Shown piece after piece: positions 14,907-23,502 of a stretch of 32,000 bases of DNA; within the stretch, counting starts at the first letter, position 1; each line of letters begins with the position of its first letter. The notes beneath the pieces are model-generated. The model saw only the letters and a list, made by a program, of their open reading frames with translations, did not search any database and was not told the DNA's origin. This stretch comes from Bdellovibrionales bacterium (lineage in GTDB: Bacteria > Bdellovibrionota > Bdellovibrionia > Bdellovibrionales > UBA1609), in contig OY843585.1 in NCBI GenBank assembly GCA_963692945.1, positions 930,001 to 962,000 on the forward strand, read 5' to 3'. The position numbers were made by a program, and so were the translations under genes.

Positions 14907-15908
14907 TTAGAATTTTCTCCAGTTTGCATTTTCATTGTTTGAATAAATATGATCCCAAATGCTTTCCTTTTTAGGGGAAGCTTCTTTCATAACTTCTTGT
15001 TGGACACTTTTAGCCTCTTCCTTATATTTGTTCCAAGTGTCTTTGATGATTTCTTTTGTTAGAATGTTTTCTTGAAGTAATTTCTTTTCAAAATTTTTAA
15101 TACAACAAGGTTCATTTGTGTAGTTAGCTCCCGAAGCGGAAGAGTGTCCGTAGAGACGAGAGACTTTAGCTTCAACACAAATTGGTTTTCTATTTTTCCT
15201 TATGCTTTCCATTTTTTCTTTGAGGACTGTATAGCTTTCTATAGGATCATTTCCGTCTATAACCACACTTTCTATTTGAAAAGCTTTAGCTCTATCAATG
15301 ATTTGTTTTTCCCCATGTTGACTGGAGTAACTTGTTGAAATTCCCCAAGAGTTATTTTGAACAGTGATTAACAAAGGGAGTTCTTTATTAGGTCTGGAAG
15401 CCCATATTAAACAAGTTGCAAAGTCACTTTCATGTGTTCCAGCATCTCCTCCTGTGACAACAGTGAGATTTTTATTATTTTTTTCTTTGCTTTGAACATA
15501 GGCTGTTCCTATTGCCATAGAGTATTGAACACCAATGACAGAAGTCACAGGTGGAACATTCCATTGAGGGAGACTGTAATGATTTACAAAATTTCTACCC
15601 CCAGACGATTGATCCGTTGCTTTGTTTAAGATAGTCCTAAAAGCTTCTTTCATAGTTAATCCCATAGCTATAAGAGTCGGGAGGCAACGATAATGCAAAT
15701 AAAGCCAATCATGTTTTAAGCCTTGTCCTTTATCAATCAATAGTCCAAGGGGAACTGAAAAAGCTTCTTCTCCAGGACCGCCAATCCAGAAATAACCCAG
15801 CCCTTGTTTGTAGATATGTATAAGTCTTTCTTCAGTGACACGAGACTTCACCATTAGATCATAAATTTTTAAACAAACTTCTTTAGAAAGAGTATTTTTT
15901 GAAGTCAT
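14907..15908 (-). CDS. 2-oxoacid dehydrogenase E1 component, alpha subunit (ThDP-binding)
   Basis: ThDP motif region VVTGGDAGTHESDFATCLIWASRPNKELPLLITVQNNSWGIST. YGHSSASG lies near the C-terminal part. Confidence 0.85.
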   Translation of the reverse strand: MTSKNTLSKEVCLKIYDLMVKSRVTEERLIHIYKQGLGYFWIGGPGEEAFSVPLGLLIDKGQGLKHDWLYLHYRCLPTLIAMGLTMKEAFRTILNKATDQSSGGRNFVNHYSLPQWNVPPVTSVIGVQYSMAIGTAYVQSKEKNNKNLTVVTGGDAGTHESDFATCLIWASRPNKELPLLITVQNNSWGISTSYSSQHGEKQIIDRAKAFQIESVVIDGNDPIESYTVLKEKMESIRKNRKPICVEAKVSRLYGHSSASGANYTNEPCCIKNFEKKLLQENILTKEIIKDTWNKYKEEAKSVQQEVMKEASPKKESIWDHIYSNNENANWRKF

Positions 15909-15910
15909 TG

Positions 15911-17989
15911 TTATTTTTTTGGTAATCTAGCTTTTTTTAATAAGACTGTTTTATGAAGGGAGGCTAGGTCTAAAGCTATATTTGCAGCCTCTTGGACATC
16001 GGCTCGTTTTAGATATCTTTCCTTACTTTTTTTAGAGTTATATAAGTCTTCTCTATCTACTATATCTTCCATATCATCATCTTTTTTATTTAAGACTTTA
16101 GAAATTTTTATACGCTTTTTATTTTTTGATTCTATTTTTTTTATTTGTGCAAGGATTTTTTTAAAATCTTTGTTTACAGCCACTCGTTTTTTTGAAAGAA
16201 GTTTTAAGTAAGAAATTGTTTTTGAGCTAATGGGTTTCCAGTTTTTGTTTAATTGATTAGAGAAAATTTCTTTTGGAGGGGATTTAAAGTCTGCAATACT
16301 TTGTTCGGGAAGAGTGTAATCTAGATTTTTTTCACCTATATCATTCAAATTAAAGATACTAGGTAGTGAAATATCGGAAATAACTCCTCGTTTTTGAGTG
16401 GATTTTCCACTAGGTATAAAGTAAAGTCCAACCGTTGTTTTTAAAGCTCCTAAATGATTTCTTAAGTGTTCAACAGATTGAACGCTTCCTTTTCCAAAAG
16501 TGTGATCACCACCAACGATAACTGCTCTGTTGTAATTTTGTAGAGTTCCTGAAACAATTTCAGAAGCACTGGCACTCAATCGGTTCACTAAAACAACAAG
16601 GTCTCCTTTATAAAAAATTCTTGGATCTCTATCCATTAAAAGAACTGGGCTTTTATAATTTTTTTCAGATTGTTTAACAACATTGCCTTCTGCAAAGAAA
16701 AGACCTGCTAAACTAACAGCTTCATCTAGAGATCCACCTCTATTATTTGATAAGTCTAATACTAAAGAAGAGATTTGTTTTTTCTTTGCTTTATTGAGAA
16801 GGTTTTTGATATCTGTTGTTACAGACTTTCCATATCTTCCTGAACCATAAAAAGAGGGAACTTTTATAATACCAATAGTGTGAGAGTGATTCTTTAAAGT
16901 TTTCTTTACATAGTCAATAGAGGCGGCTTCTTCTACAAGATCTACAGTGCTTCTAATGATCTTCACTGTAAATATAGATTTTTGCTTCTTTTTGTTTTCT
17001 CTTAAAATTTTTAAGTAAACAGGTGTGCCTTTTTTTCCTCTAATGATAGACACAACGTCTTCTATTCTTTCCCCAAAAACATTTATTAACTTTTTTTTAG
17101 ATTGTTGTCCAACGGCTAAAATTTTATCTTTTCTTTTTAGTTTTTTAGATTTAAAAGCAGCCCCTCCAGGAACTAAGTTTTCTATAATAGTGTATCCAAA
17201 ACGGGAGCTTAAAGTGGCACCAATACCTTCAAGAGATAAATTCATTGAGATATTAAAGTCTTCCACTTCTTCACGGGTTAAGTAACTGGAATGGCTATCT
17301 AAAGATTGAGCAAAAGAATTGAGATAAAGAGAGAACCATTTTGTTGGTTTGCAAGATTGGAAACTATTATTGCTTTTTTTTATGCATTCTCTAAGTTCTT
17401 TAGGGTTGAGTTGAGGTTTCCAAGATGTAACCTGCTTAGATATATTTTTAAAAATATGGAAAATATGATTGATAGATTTTTGCAAATCATTTTCTATAAG
17501 GAAGATGTTAGCCACTTGATATTGAAGATAAGCTTCCATCAATCTGTTGGCTTTTCTTTCTGATGAGGGGTAGGTTTTTTGATCTTCATCTAAAATGTAA
17601 GTGAGGTTTGGTTTAAATTTAAAATTCTTATCAAGATATTTCTTTGCAAAATCCAATCTCTCTTTTACTCTTTTAGAATAGATATTGTAAATATGATAAA
17701 GATCAGAGCAGTTTCTATTTTTTATATTTGATAGTAAGCGATGATTTCTTTTTTCAATGGATTTTATATCAGATTTTAAAAAATAAATTTTTTCTCTATC
17801 AAGATCTTTTAAAAAATTATTTAAAACTCTTTTTTTAATTGTAGGGGTGATTTTAGAGTAGAGAATGTGATTTTTTAAGAACTGATCTTGAATGCTATTG
17901 ATATAACGACAAGAAAGGTTACCGAATCCTTGTATGGGAAAGAGAGTGACTAGAGAAATGAAAGGTAAAAAGAATTTAAAAATGAACAT
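15911..17989 (-). CDS. prc: Carboxy-terminal processing (tail-specific) protease, S41 family
   Basis: Signal peptide, PDZ-like GIGATL...VPGGAAFKSKKLKRKDKILAV, catalytic region LVLDLSNNRGGSLDEAV and SASASEIVSG...GDHTFGKGSVQ. The size is about that of Prc/Tsp. Confidence 0.85.
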   Translation of the reverse strand: MFIFKFFLPFISLVTLFPIQGFGNLSCRYINSIQDQFLKNHILYSKITPTIKKRVLNNFLKDLDREKIYFLKSDIKSIEKRNHRLLSNIKNRNCSDLYHIYNIYSKRVKERLDFAKKYLDKNFKFKPNLTYILDEDQKTYPSSERKANRLMEAYLQYQVANIFLIENDLQKSINHIFHIFKNISKQVTSWKPQLNPKELRECIKKSNNSFQSCKPTKWFSLYLNSFAQSLDSHSSYLTREEVEDFNISMNLSLEGIGATLSSRFGYTIIENLVPGGAAFKSKKLKRKDKILAVGQQSKKKLINVFGERIEDVVSIIRGKKGTPVYLKILRENKKKQKSIFTVKIIRSTVDLVEEAASIDYVKKTLKNHSHTIGIIKVPSFYGSGRYGKSVTTDIKNLLNKAKKKQISSLVLDLSNNRGGSLDEAVSLAGLFFAEGNVVKQSEKNYKSPVLLMDRDPRIFYKGDLVVLVNRLSASASEIVSGTLQNYNRAVIVGGDHTFGKGSVQSVEHLRNHLGALKTTVGLYFIPSGKSTQKRGVISDISLPSIFNLNDIGEKNLDYTLPEQSIADFKSPPKEIFSNQLNKNWKPISSKTISYLKLLSKKRVAVNKDFKKILAQIKKIESKNKKRIKISKVLNKKDDDMEDIVDREDLYNSKKSKERYLKRADVQEAANIALDLASLHKTVLLKKARLPKK

Positions 17990-18075
17990 GACTATTTATT
18001 TTACAATAGAATTATAAGGAAAAGGGTACATATTATAAATTTTTAATAAAAATCCTATATAAAGTCAAGAATCAA

Positions 18076-20661
18076 TCATTTGGTAGATGTTCTTTTTTGA
18101 GATTTTTTTCTTTTTACTTTAGATTTTTGGGGTTTAGATTTTGAGATTTTAGTCTTGGTTTTTGAACCTTTGGTCTGTTTTGTTTTTTCTTGCATAATCT
18201 CCAAAGCTTTTTCTAAGTCTAAACCACTAGGGTCTATTTCATTTGGAATACTATAGTTTTTCTTCTTATAGTTTATATAGGGTGAAAAACGCCCTTTCCC
18301 TTTCATTATTTTAATTTGATCTTTTTTGTAAGTTATAGTTTTAATGGCAGCAACTTGATTTCGTCTATGTTTCTTTTCCTTGGAGAGCACCTCTAAAGCT
18401 TGTTTGAGATCTAAAGATAGGAATTCTTTATTTGACGGGATAGAGCGAAAGTCTCCATCGTGGACAATATAAGGGCCAAAACGACCAATGCTTTTTTTAA
18501 CTTCTTTTTTTGTCTTAGGATGTTTACCTAAGACTTTTGGAAGACTAAGTAATTGGAGAGCTTGTTCAAGAGATAGCTCTTCCAATAGAATAAATTTTGG
18601 AACAGAAACTCTTTTTTCTGCTCCGTCTAATTCTAGGTAAGGACCATATCGCCCTGTCTTTAGAAAAATTTTCTTTTTTGTTTTAGGATCTATTCCTATA
18701 GAATCAGGTTGATTTTTAGTTTTAATAATTTCATGGAGTTTTTCTATAGTGATGTTAGAAAGATGAGAGTCTTCAGGTAAAGAGGCTTTCACTTCTGTTT
18801 TGGCTTTTTTTTGACTGATATAAGTTCCAAAGCGACCCACATGGAAGGTGATATCTTTAAAAGGTTTAAAATGAAGACTTCGGCTTTCTTTTGGGTCAAT
18901 ATTTTTTTCTTGATTATCAACTAGGTTTTTTAAACCCGTTTTTCCTTTGTAAATAGTGCTTAAATATTTTTTAGAGTCTGTTTTACCAAGAGCTATATCA
19001 TCTAAAGTCTCTTCCATTTTAGAAGTGAAATTTAAATCCACATAATTAGGAAGGTATTTGCTTAATAACCTAGTTACAGCAAGGGCTGTAAAAGTAGGTA
19101 CTAAAGTTTTATTTATTTTTTTAACATATCCTCTATCTTGAATAGTACTAATGATAGGAGCATAAGTTGAGGGTCTTCCAATGCCTTCTTTTTCTAGTTT
19201 TTGAATCAATGAAGATTCATTATAATAAGGAGGGGCTTTTGTTTCATGGCTTATAGATTGAATCTCCTGGCAAGAAAGAGAGTCTCCTTTTTTAAGTAAG
19301 GGGAGCTTGATTTGATCTTCTTTAGGGTTTTCTTCATCTTGATAAATCTGGTAAAACCCGGGAGAGACAATCACAGTTCCAGAAGCTGTAAAAGTAGAGG
19401 ATGCTGATTTGATAGTCAGGCTTGTTTGTTCTTGCTTACAGTTTTTCATCTGACAAGCAAGGGTTCTTTGCCAAATCAATTGATAGAGTTTTAATTCTGG
19501 ACCACTAAGATGAGTTTGTTTTGGGGGATTAAGATTTCGACCAGAAGGCCTGATGGCTTCGTGTGCTTCTTGAGCTCCTTTACTTTTTGTTTTATAAACA
19601 CGAGTGGATTCATACAATTCTTTTACCCCATAAATTTTAGTGATGGCTTTTCTAATACCTTGAATGGCTTCTTTAGAAAGGTTTGTAGAGTCCGTTCTCA
19701 TGTAAGTGATTAAACCATTTTCATAAAGCCTTTGAGCTATAGACATGGTTTGACGAGCCGATAAATTAAGTTTTCGGTTAGCCGCTTGTTGAAGAGTAGA
19801 AGTGATAAAGGGTGGTTTGGGTGAACGAGAGATTGGTTTTTTTGTAACTTTTTCTACTTCCCACTTTTCTTTTTGTAATTTTTTTTCTAATTGAAGAGAT
19901 TCTTTTTCTTTAAGATGTAATAAGTCTTTCTTTTTTAAAACTCCCTTGTCATCAAAGTCTTTTCCTTCTGCTATTTTTTTAGAGTTGTAAGATTGAAGAT
20001 GAGCAGTAAATTTAAATTTTTTAAAAGAAAACGACCCTTCTAAACTCCAATAAGGGGTTTTTACAAAATGAAATCTTTCTATTTCTCTTTCGCTAATTAA
20101 TTTTACAGCTGTAGATTGAACACGTCCTGCAGAAAGACCTCTTGCTATTTTTTTCCAAAGGAGTGGAGAAATAGTGTAACCGACGAGTCGATCTAAGATT
20201 CTGCGAGCTTCTTGAGCTTGAACTAAGTTTGTATCAATTTTTCTAAAATTTTTTAAAGATTTTTCAATAGCTTCTTTTGTGATTTCATGGAAAACCATTC
20301 GTTTAGTAGGGATTTTAGGCTTTAGAATTTCTACTAAATGCCAACTGATGCTTTCTCCTTCACGATCTTCATCCGTTGCAAGAATAAGTTCACTGGCTTG
20401 TTTCAGTTTGTCTTTTAATTTAGAAACAACTTTTATTTTTGAGTCAGGAATGCAGTAGATAGGTTCAAAATTATCACTTGTATTTACACCTAAAGATTTC
20501 CAAGGTTTGTCTTTGTATTTTGCTGGAATTTTTTTTGCTGACTCTGGAAGATCGCGAATATGACCCATACAAGACTCAATCATATAATCTGAATCTAAAA
20601 AGCGATGGATTGTTTTTGCTTTAGTTGGTGATTCTACAATCACTAATTTTTTCTTTTTCAT
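18076..20661 (-). CDS. topA: DNA topoisomerase I, with a Cys-free repeat-type C-terminal domain and a Lys-rich tail
   Basis: LVIVESPTKAKTI, ATDEDREGE (Toprim), and GLITYMRTDS (active-site Tyr region). The C-terminal third has four GR(F/Y)(G/S)(P/T)Y repeats and no cysteines. Confidence 0.95.
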   Translation of the reverse strand: MKKKKLVIVESPTKAKTIHRFLDSDYMIESCMGHIRDLPESAKKIPAKYKDKPWKSLGVNTSDNFEPIYCIPDSKIKVVSKLKDKLKQASELILATDEDREGESISWHLVEILKPKIPTKRMVFHEITKEAIEKSLKNFRKIDTNLVQAQEARRILDRLVGYTISPLLWKKIARGLSAGRVQSTAVKLISEREIERFHFVKTPYWSLEGSFSFKKFKFTAHLQSYNSKKIAEGKDFDDKGVLKKKDLLHLKEKESLQLEKKLQKEKWEVEKVTKKPISRSPKPPFITSTLQQAANRKLNLSARQTMSIAQRLYENGLITYMRTDSTNLSKEAIQGIRKAITKIYGVKELYESTRVYKTKSKGAQEAHEAIRPSGRNLNPPKQTHLSGPELKLYQLIWQRTLACQMKNCKQEQTSLTIKSASSTFTASGTVIVSPGFYQIYQDEENPKEDQIKLPLLKKGDSLSCQEIQSISHETKAPPYYNESSLIQKLEKEGIGRPSTYAPIISTIQDRGYVKKINKTLVPTFTALAVTRLLSKYLPNYVDLNFTSKMEETLDDIALGKTDSKKYLSTIYKGKTGLKNLVDNQEKNIDPKESRSLHFKPFKDITFHVGRFGTYISQKKAKTEVKASLPEDSHLSNITIEKLHEIIKTKNQPDSIGIDPKTKKKIFLKTGRYGPYLELDGAEKRVSVPKFILLEELSLEQALQLLSLPKVLGKHPKTKKEVKKSIGRFGPYIVHDGDFRSIPSNKEFLSLDLKQALEVLSKEKKHRRNQVAAIKTITYKKDQIKIMKGKGRFSPYINYKKKNYSIPNEIDPSGLDLEKALEIMQEKTKQTKGSKTKTKISKSKPQKSKVKRKKSQKRTSTK

Positions 20662-20776
20662 AAGAATAAAACATAGGTTGTCCCTTTTAAGCTTTCAAGT
20701 TATTTATTTGAGAGATTCTTTTTCTTTTCTTAAGAATGAGAGGAAATGATTTAAAATTAAAGACTTTTTACTTTTT

Positions 20777-21001
20777 TTAACGGTATCTATGGACAATCAG
20801 TCCTTTTGTAGCTAAACCTTGAGGTGAAAAACCAACTGTAACACGATCTCCCAAAACCACTTTTATGTTGTAACATCTCATTTTTCCACAAAGTGTGGCC
20901 ATAACCTCAATTTCTGGCTTATCTAACTTAACTTTATAGACACCACCTGCACGAGTATCAATCACTTCTCCATCAAATTTTGTTAAATCACTTTTAGCCA
21001 A
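20777..21001 (-). CDS. infA: Translation initiation factor IF-1
   Basis: 74 aa. GEVIDTRAGGVYKVKLD...CGKMRCYNIKVVLGDRVTV...GLIVHRYR is an S1-like IF-1 pattern. Confidence 0.9.
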   Translation of the reverse strand: MAKSDLTKFDGEVIDTRAGGVYKVKLDKPEIEVMATLCGKMRCYNIKVVLGDRVTVGFSPQGLATKGLIVHRYR

Positions 21002-21010
21002 AAAAAGCCT

Positions 21011-21856
21011 CTATTTATAATTGGAAATTAAATTTTTTGGACCACTTTCAAATAAAACCTCTAAACGATTATTTTTAGAAGATAAAATAAAACCCCAGCC
21101 AAAAGTCTTATGTTGGAGGCCGCTATGCGTCTCAAAGCTTTTTTCCATACTGTATGAAAAAGTTTTTTGATTTTTATATTCTTGATACAGAGTTTCCCAA
21201 TTTACATTTCCAAGATTAGGAAGATGTACTTTTGTTGAAATGGTTTTTTTAGCGAAATCTTTTTTAGGAGGCTTTGTTGCTTTAGCAGTTACTTTATTTG
21301 ATTTTTTAGGGAGTGTCGTTGTCTTAGCAGTTGATTTAGCAGTTACTTTATTTGATTTTTTAGGGAGTGTTGTTGCTTTAGCAGTTACTTTATTTGATTT
21401 TTTAGGGAGTGTTGTTGCTTTAGCAGTTACTTTATTTGACTTTTTAGGGAGTGTCGTTGTCTTAGCAGTTGCTTTAGCAGTTACTTTATTTGATTTTTTA
21501 GGGAGTGTTGTTGTCTTAGCAGTTGCTTTAGCAGTTACTTTATTTGATTTTTTAGGGAGTGTCGTTGTCTTAGCAGTTGATTTAGTGGTGAGTTTATTTG
21601 ATTTTTTAGGAGGTTTTGTTGTTTTAGCAGTTGCTTTAGCAGTGGTTTTCTTTGATTTTTTAGGAGGCATTGTTGCTTTAGCAGTTGATTTAGCAGTTAC
21701 TTTCTTTGATTTTTTAGGAGGTTTTGTTGATTTAGCAGTTACTTTAGCAGTGGATTTCTTTGACTTTTTAAGAGGCTTTGTTGTTTTAGTAGATCTGAGT
21801 TTTTTATTGCTCTGATTCTTTTTTACTTTTTTAGTTGTTTTTTGCTTTGTAGTCAT
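21011..21856 (-). CDS. Histone-H1-like Lys/Ala/Thr/Pro repeat protein with a C-terminal Tudor-like domain resembling the UvrD/PcrA C-terminus
   Basis: The N-terminal ~195 aa are (T)AKTTTLPKKSNKVTAKA-type repeats. The C-terminal GLQHKTFGWGFILSSKNNRLEVLFESGPKNLISNY fits G..(V).H..FG.G.(V)......(L).V.F..G.K.L...Y. It lies 9 nt upstream of infA. Confidence 0.7.
   Translation of the reverse strand: MTTKQKTTKKVKKNQSNKKLRSTKTTKPLKKSKKSTAKVTAKSTKPPKKSKKVTAKSTAKATMPPKKSKKTTAKATAKTTKPPKKSNKLTTKSTAKTTTLPKKSNKVTAKATAKTTTLPKKSNKVTAKATAKTTTLPKKSNKVTAKATTLPKKSNKVTAKATTLPKKSNKVTAKSTAKTTTLPKKSNKVTAKATKPPKKDFAKKTISTKVHLPNLGNVNWETLYQEYKNQKTFSYSMEKSFETHSGLQHKTFGWGFILSSKNNRLEVLFESGPKNLISNYK
21271..21800 (-). repeat. 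In-frame tandem repeats (54-bp and 42-bp units) encoding the Lys-rich repeats
   Basis: Near-identical agcagttactttatttgattttttagggagtgt(c/t)gttg... units are visible on the + strand. They create the antisense shadow ORF 21240-21815. Confidence 0.85.
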
Positions 21857-21867
21857 ATTTCTTTGTT

Positions 21868-21895
21868 AATATATATAGATTTGAAATCTAATCAA
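21868..21895 (-). promoter_or_regulatory. Candidate promoter TTGATT-N16-TATATT for the Lys-rich protein/infA genes, with a 15-bp palindrome in the spacer
   Basis: On the minus strand the -35 is at 21895-21890 and the -10 at 21873-21868. The palindrome TAGATTTgAAATCTA is at 21876-21890. The -10 ends 11 nt before ATG 21856. Confidence 0.35.
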
Positions 21896-21908
21896 GAATT
21901 TTTTTATT

Positions 21909-21937
21909 TTGAAAAAAATTACTTTTAAAAGTAAGTT
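21909..21937 (+). promoter_or_regulatory. Candidate metG promoter TTGAAA-N17-TAAGTT
   Basis: The -35 is at 21909-21914 and the -10 at 21932-21937, 8 nt before ATG 21946 with no Shine-Dalgarno. It overlaps the 16-bp palindrome at 21919-21934. Confidence 0.35.
21919..21934. promoter_or_regulatory. Perfect 16-bp palindrome TTACTTTTAAAAGTAA, a recurring motif
   Basis: It is its own reverse complement. The 14-mer ttacttttaaaagt recurs at 27052-27065, and a one-base-insertion variant ttacattttaaaagtaa lies at 13578-13594. Confidence 0.5.
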
Positions 21938-21945
21938 AAACAAGC

Positions 21946-23472
21946 ATGAAGCATAGAAATTTAAACCTGTTTTATATCACTACACCAATTTATTACGTCA
22001 ATGATCTACCTCATGTAGGGACAGCTTATACAACCATTTTAGCAGATATTTTCAACCGTTATCACCGTCTTTTTGGTAAAAAAACTTTTTTTTTAACGGG
22101 AATTGATGAGCATGGCCAAAAATGTGAGCAAGTGGCTCAACTCAAAAAAATGGATCCACAGCTTTACTGTGATCAAATGAGTGCTCAATTTCAAAAAACT
22201 TGGAAATCCCTTCATATTGATTATGATCTTTTTTTGAGAACCAGTTCTCTTCAACATCATGAGGTAGTTCAAAAGGTGTTAAAAATTTTATATGACAAAG
22301 GGGATATTTACCCTAGCACTTACAAAGGTTGGTATTGTGTGAGTGAAGAGATTTTTTATATGGAAAAAGACCTTGTTGATAAGAAATCCCCTACAGGTAA
22401 GGAGGTCATTTATCTTGAAGAAAAAAGTTATTTTTTCAAAATGTCTAAATACCAACAATCTTTACAAAAGCATCTGGAGGATAACCCTGAATTTATTAAA
22501 CCCTCTTATCGTCAAAATGAAATCAAAGGGTTTTTAAAAAAACCCATTCAGGATTTATGTATCAGTCGTCCTAAAAAAAGAGTTTCTTGGGGAGTGGAAT
22601 TGCCTTTTGATAAGGATTATGTGGCTTATGTATGGGTAGATGCTCTTTTGAATTATGTAACAGGTGTTGCCTATTTGCGAGATGAGAAAGAGTTCACAAA
22701 GTGGTGGAAAGAAGCAGGGGCTGTTCATTTTCTTGGTAAAGATATTTTAATGACTCATGGAGTTTATTGGACTTGCCTTCTTATGGCTTTAGATTTGCCT
22801 CTTCCTAAAAATCTTTTTGCTCATGGTTGGTTATTGAATGAAAGTCAGGAAAAAATGAGCAAATCAACAGGAGAAAAATTAGACCCTTTAGAACTGATAA
22901 AATTTTTAGGTGTTTCAGAACTCCGTTACTTTTTAGCTCGTGAAATACCTCTGGGCAATGATGCTCATATTTCTAAACCACTTATGGTGCAAAGAATCAA
23001 TCAAGATCTGTCAGATCAATTGGGAAATATTTTAAGTCGCCTTTCTCGTTTGGTAGAAACAAATTATGATGGAAAAATCTATAAGCCTTCAGGTCAAGAA
23101 GGAGAGATTTTTAAAGATCAAGCAGAAAATCTTTCCAAGCAAGTGAAAGAAGATATTGAAAATTTTAAATTGAATCAGGCTTTAGATAAAATCAATGAAA
23201 TTCTTTCCAAGGTGAATCGTTATTTAGAGCAAGAAACTCCTTGGAAAACAGTGAAAACAAATAAAAAAGAAGCGAGTTGTGTTTTATACAATTCTTTGGA
23301 AGTGTTAAGAATTTGTGGAGTTTTATTACACCCTGTTATGCCAGAAAAAATGACAAAACTTCTTGGTGTTTTAGGGGAAGAGGTTTCTTTAGACTCATTA
23401 AAATGGGGTAGGTTACCTTTAGGAAAAGATTTAAAGCACTCAGAACCTTTATTCCCAAAAATTCATTTGTAA
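21946..23472 (+). CDS. metG: Methionyl-tRNA synthetase (short form)
   Basis: The HIGH-type motif region is YYVNDLPHVGTAYTT, and the KMSKS motif (QEKMSKSTGEKL) is present. Confidence 0.9.
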   Translation: MKHRNLNLFYITTPIYYVNDLPHVGTAYTTILADIFNRYHRLFGKKTFFLTGIDEHGQKCEQVAQLKKMDPQLYCDQMSAQFQKTWKSLHIDYDLFLRTSSLQHHEVVQKVLKILYDKGDIYPSTYKGWYCVSEEIFYMEKDLVDKKSPTGKEVIYLEEKSYFFKMSKYQQSLQKHLEDNPEFIKPSYRQNEIKGFLKKPIQDLCISRPKKRVSWGVELPFDKDYVAYVWVDALLNYVTGVAYLRDEKEFTKWWKEAGAVHFLGKDILMTHGVYWTCLLMALDLPLPKNLFAHGWLLNESQEKMSKSTGEKLDPLELIKFLGVSELRYFLAREIPLGNDAHISKPLMVQRINQDLSDQLGNILSRLSRLVETNYDGKIYKPSGQEGEIFKDQAENLSKQVKEDIENFKLNQALDKINEILSKVNRYLEQETPWKTVKTNKKEASCVLYNSLEVLRICGVLLHPVMPEKMTKLLGVLGEEVSLDSLKWGRLPLGKDLKHSEPLFPKIHL

Positions 23473-23502
23473 TAAAATTTTTCATAGTTTTGAGAGATTT
23501 TT

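Noticed and set aside
14181-19713. Short antisense ORFs within the E1, prc and topA genes (for example 14181-14424, 15144-15629, 17025-17563, 19510-19713)
   Set aside because: All lie opposite well-supported long genes and encode low-complexity peptides with no start context.
21240-21815. Plus-strand 191-aa ORF (FDFLGSVVVLAV repeats)
   Set aside because: It is the antisense reading of the Lys-rich repeat gene. The minus-strand product has a credible globular C-terminal domain, a promoter and operon context with infA, and the + ORF has none.
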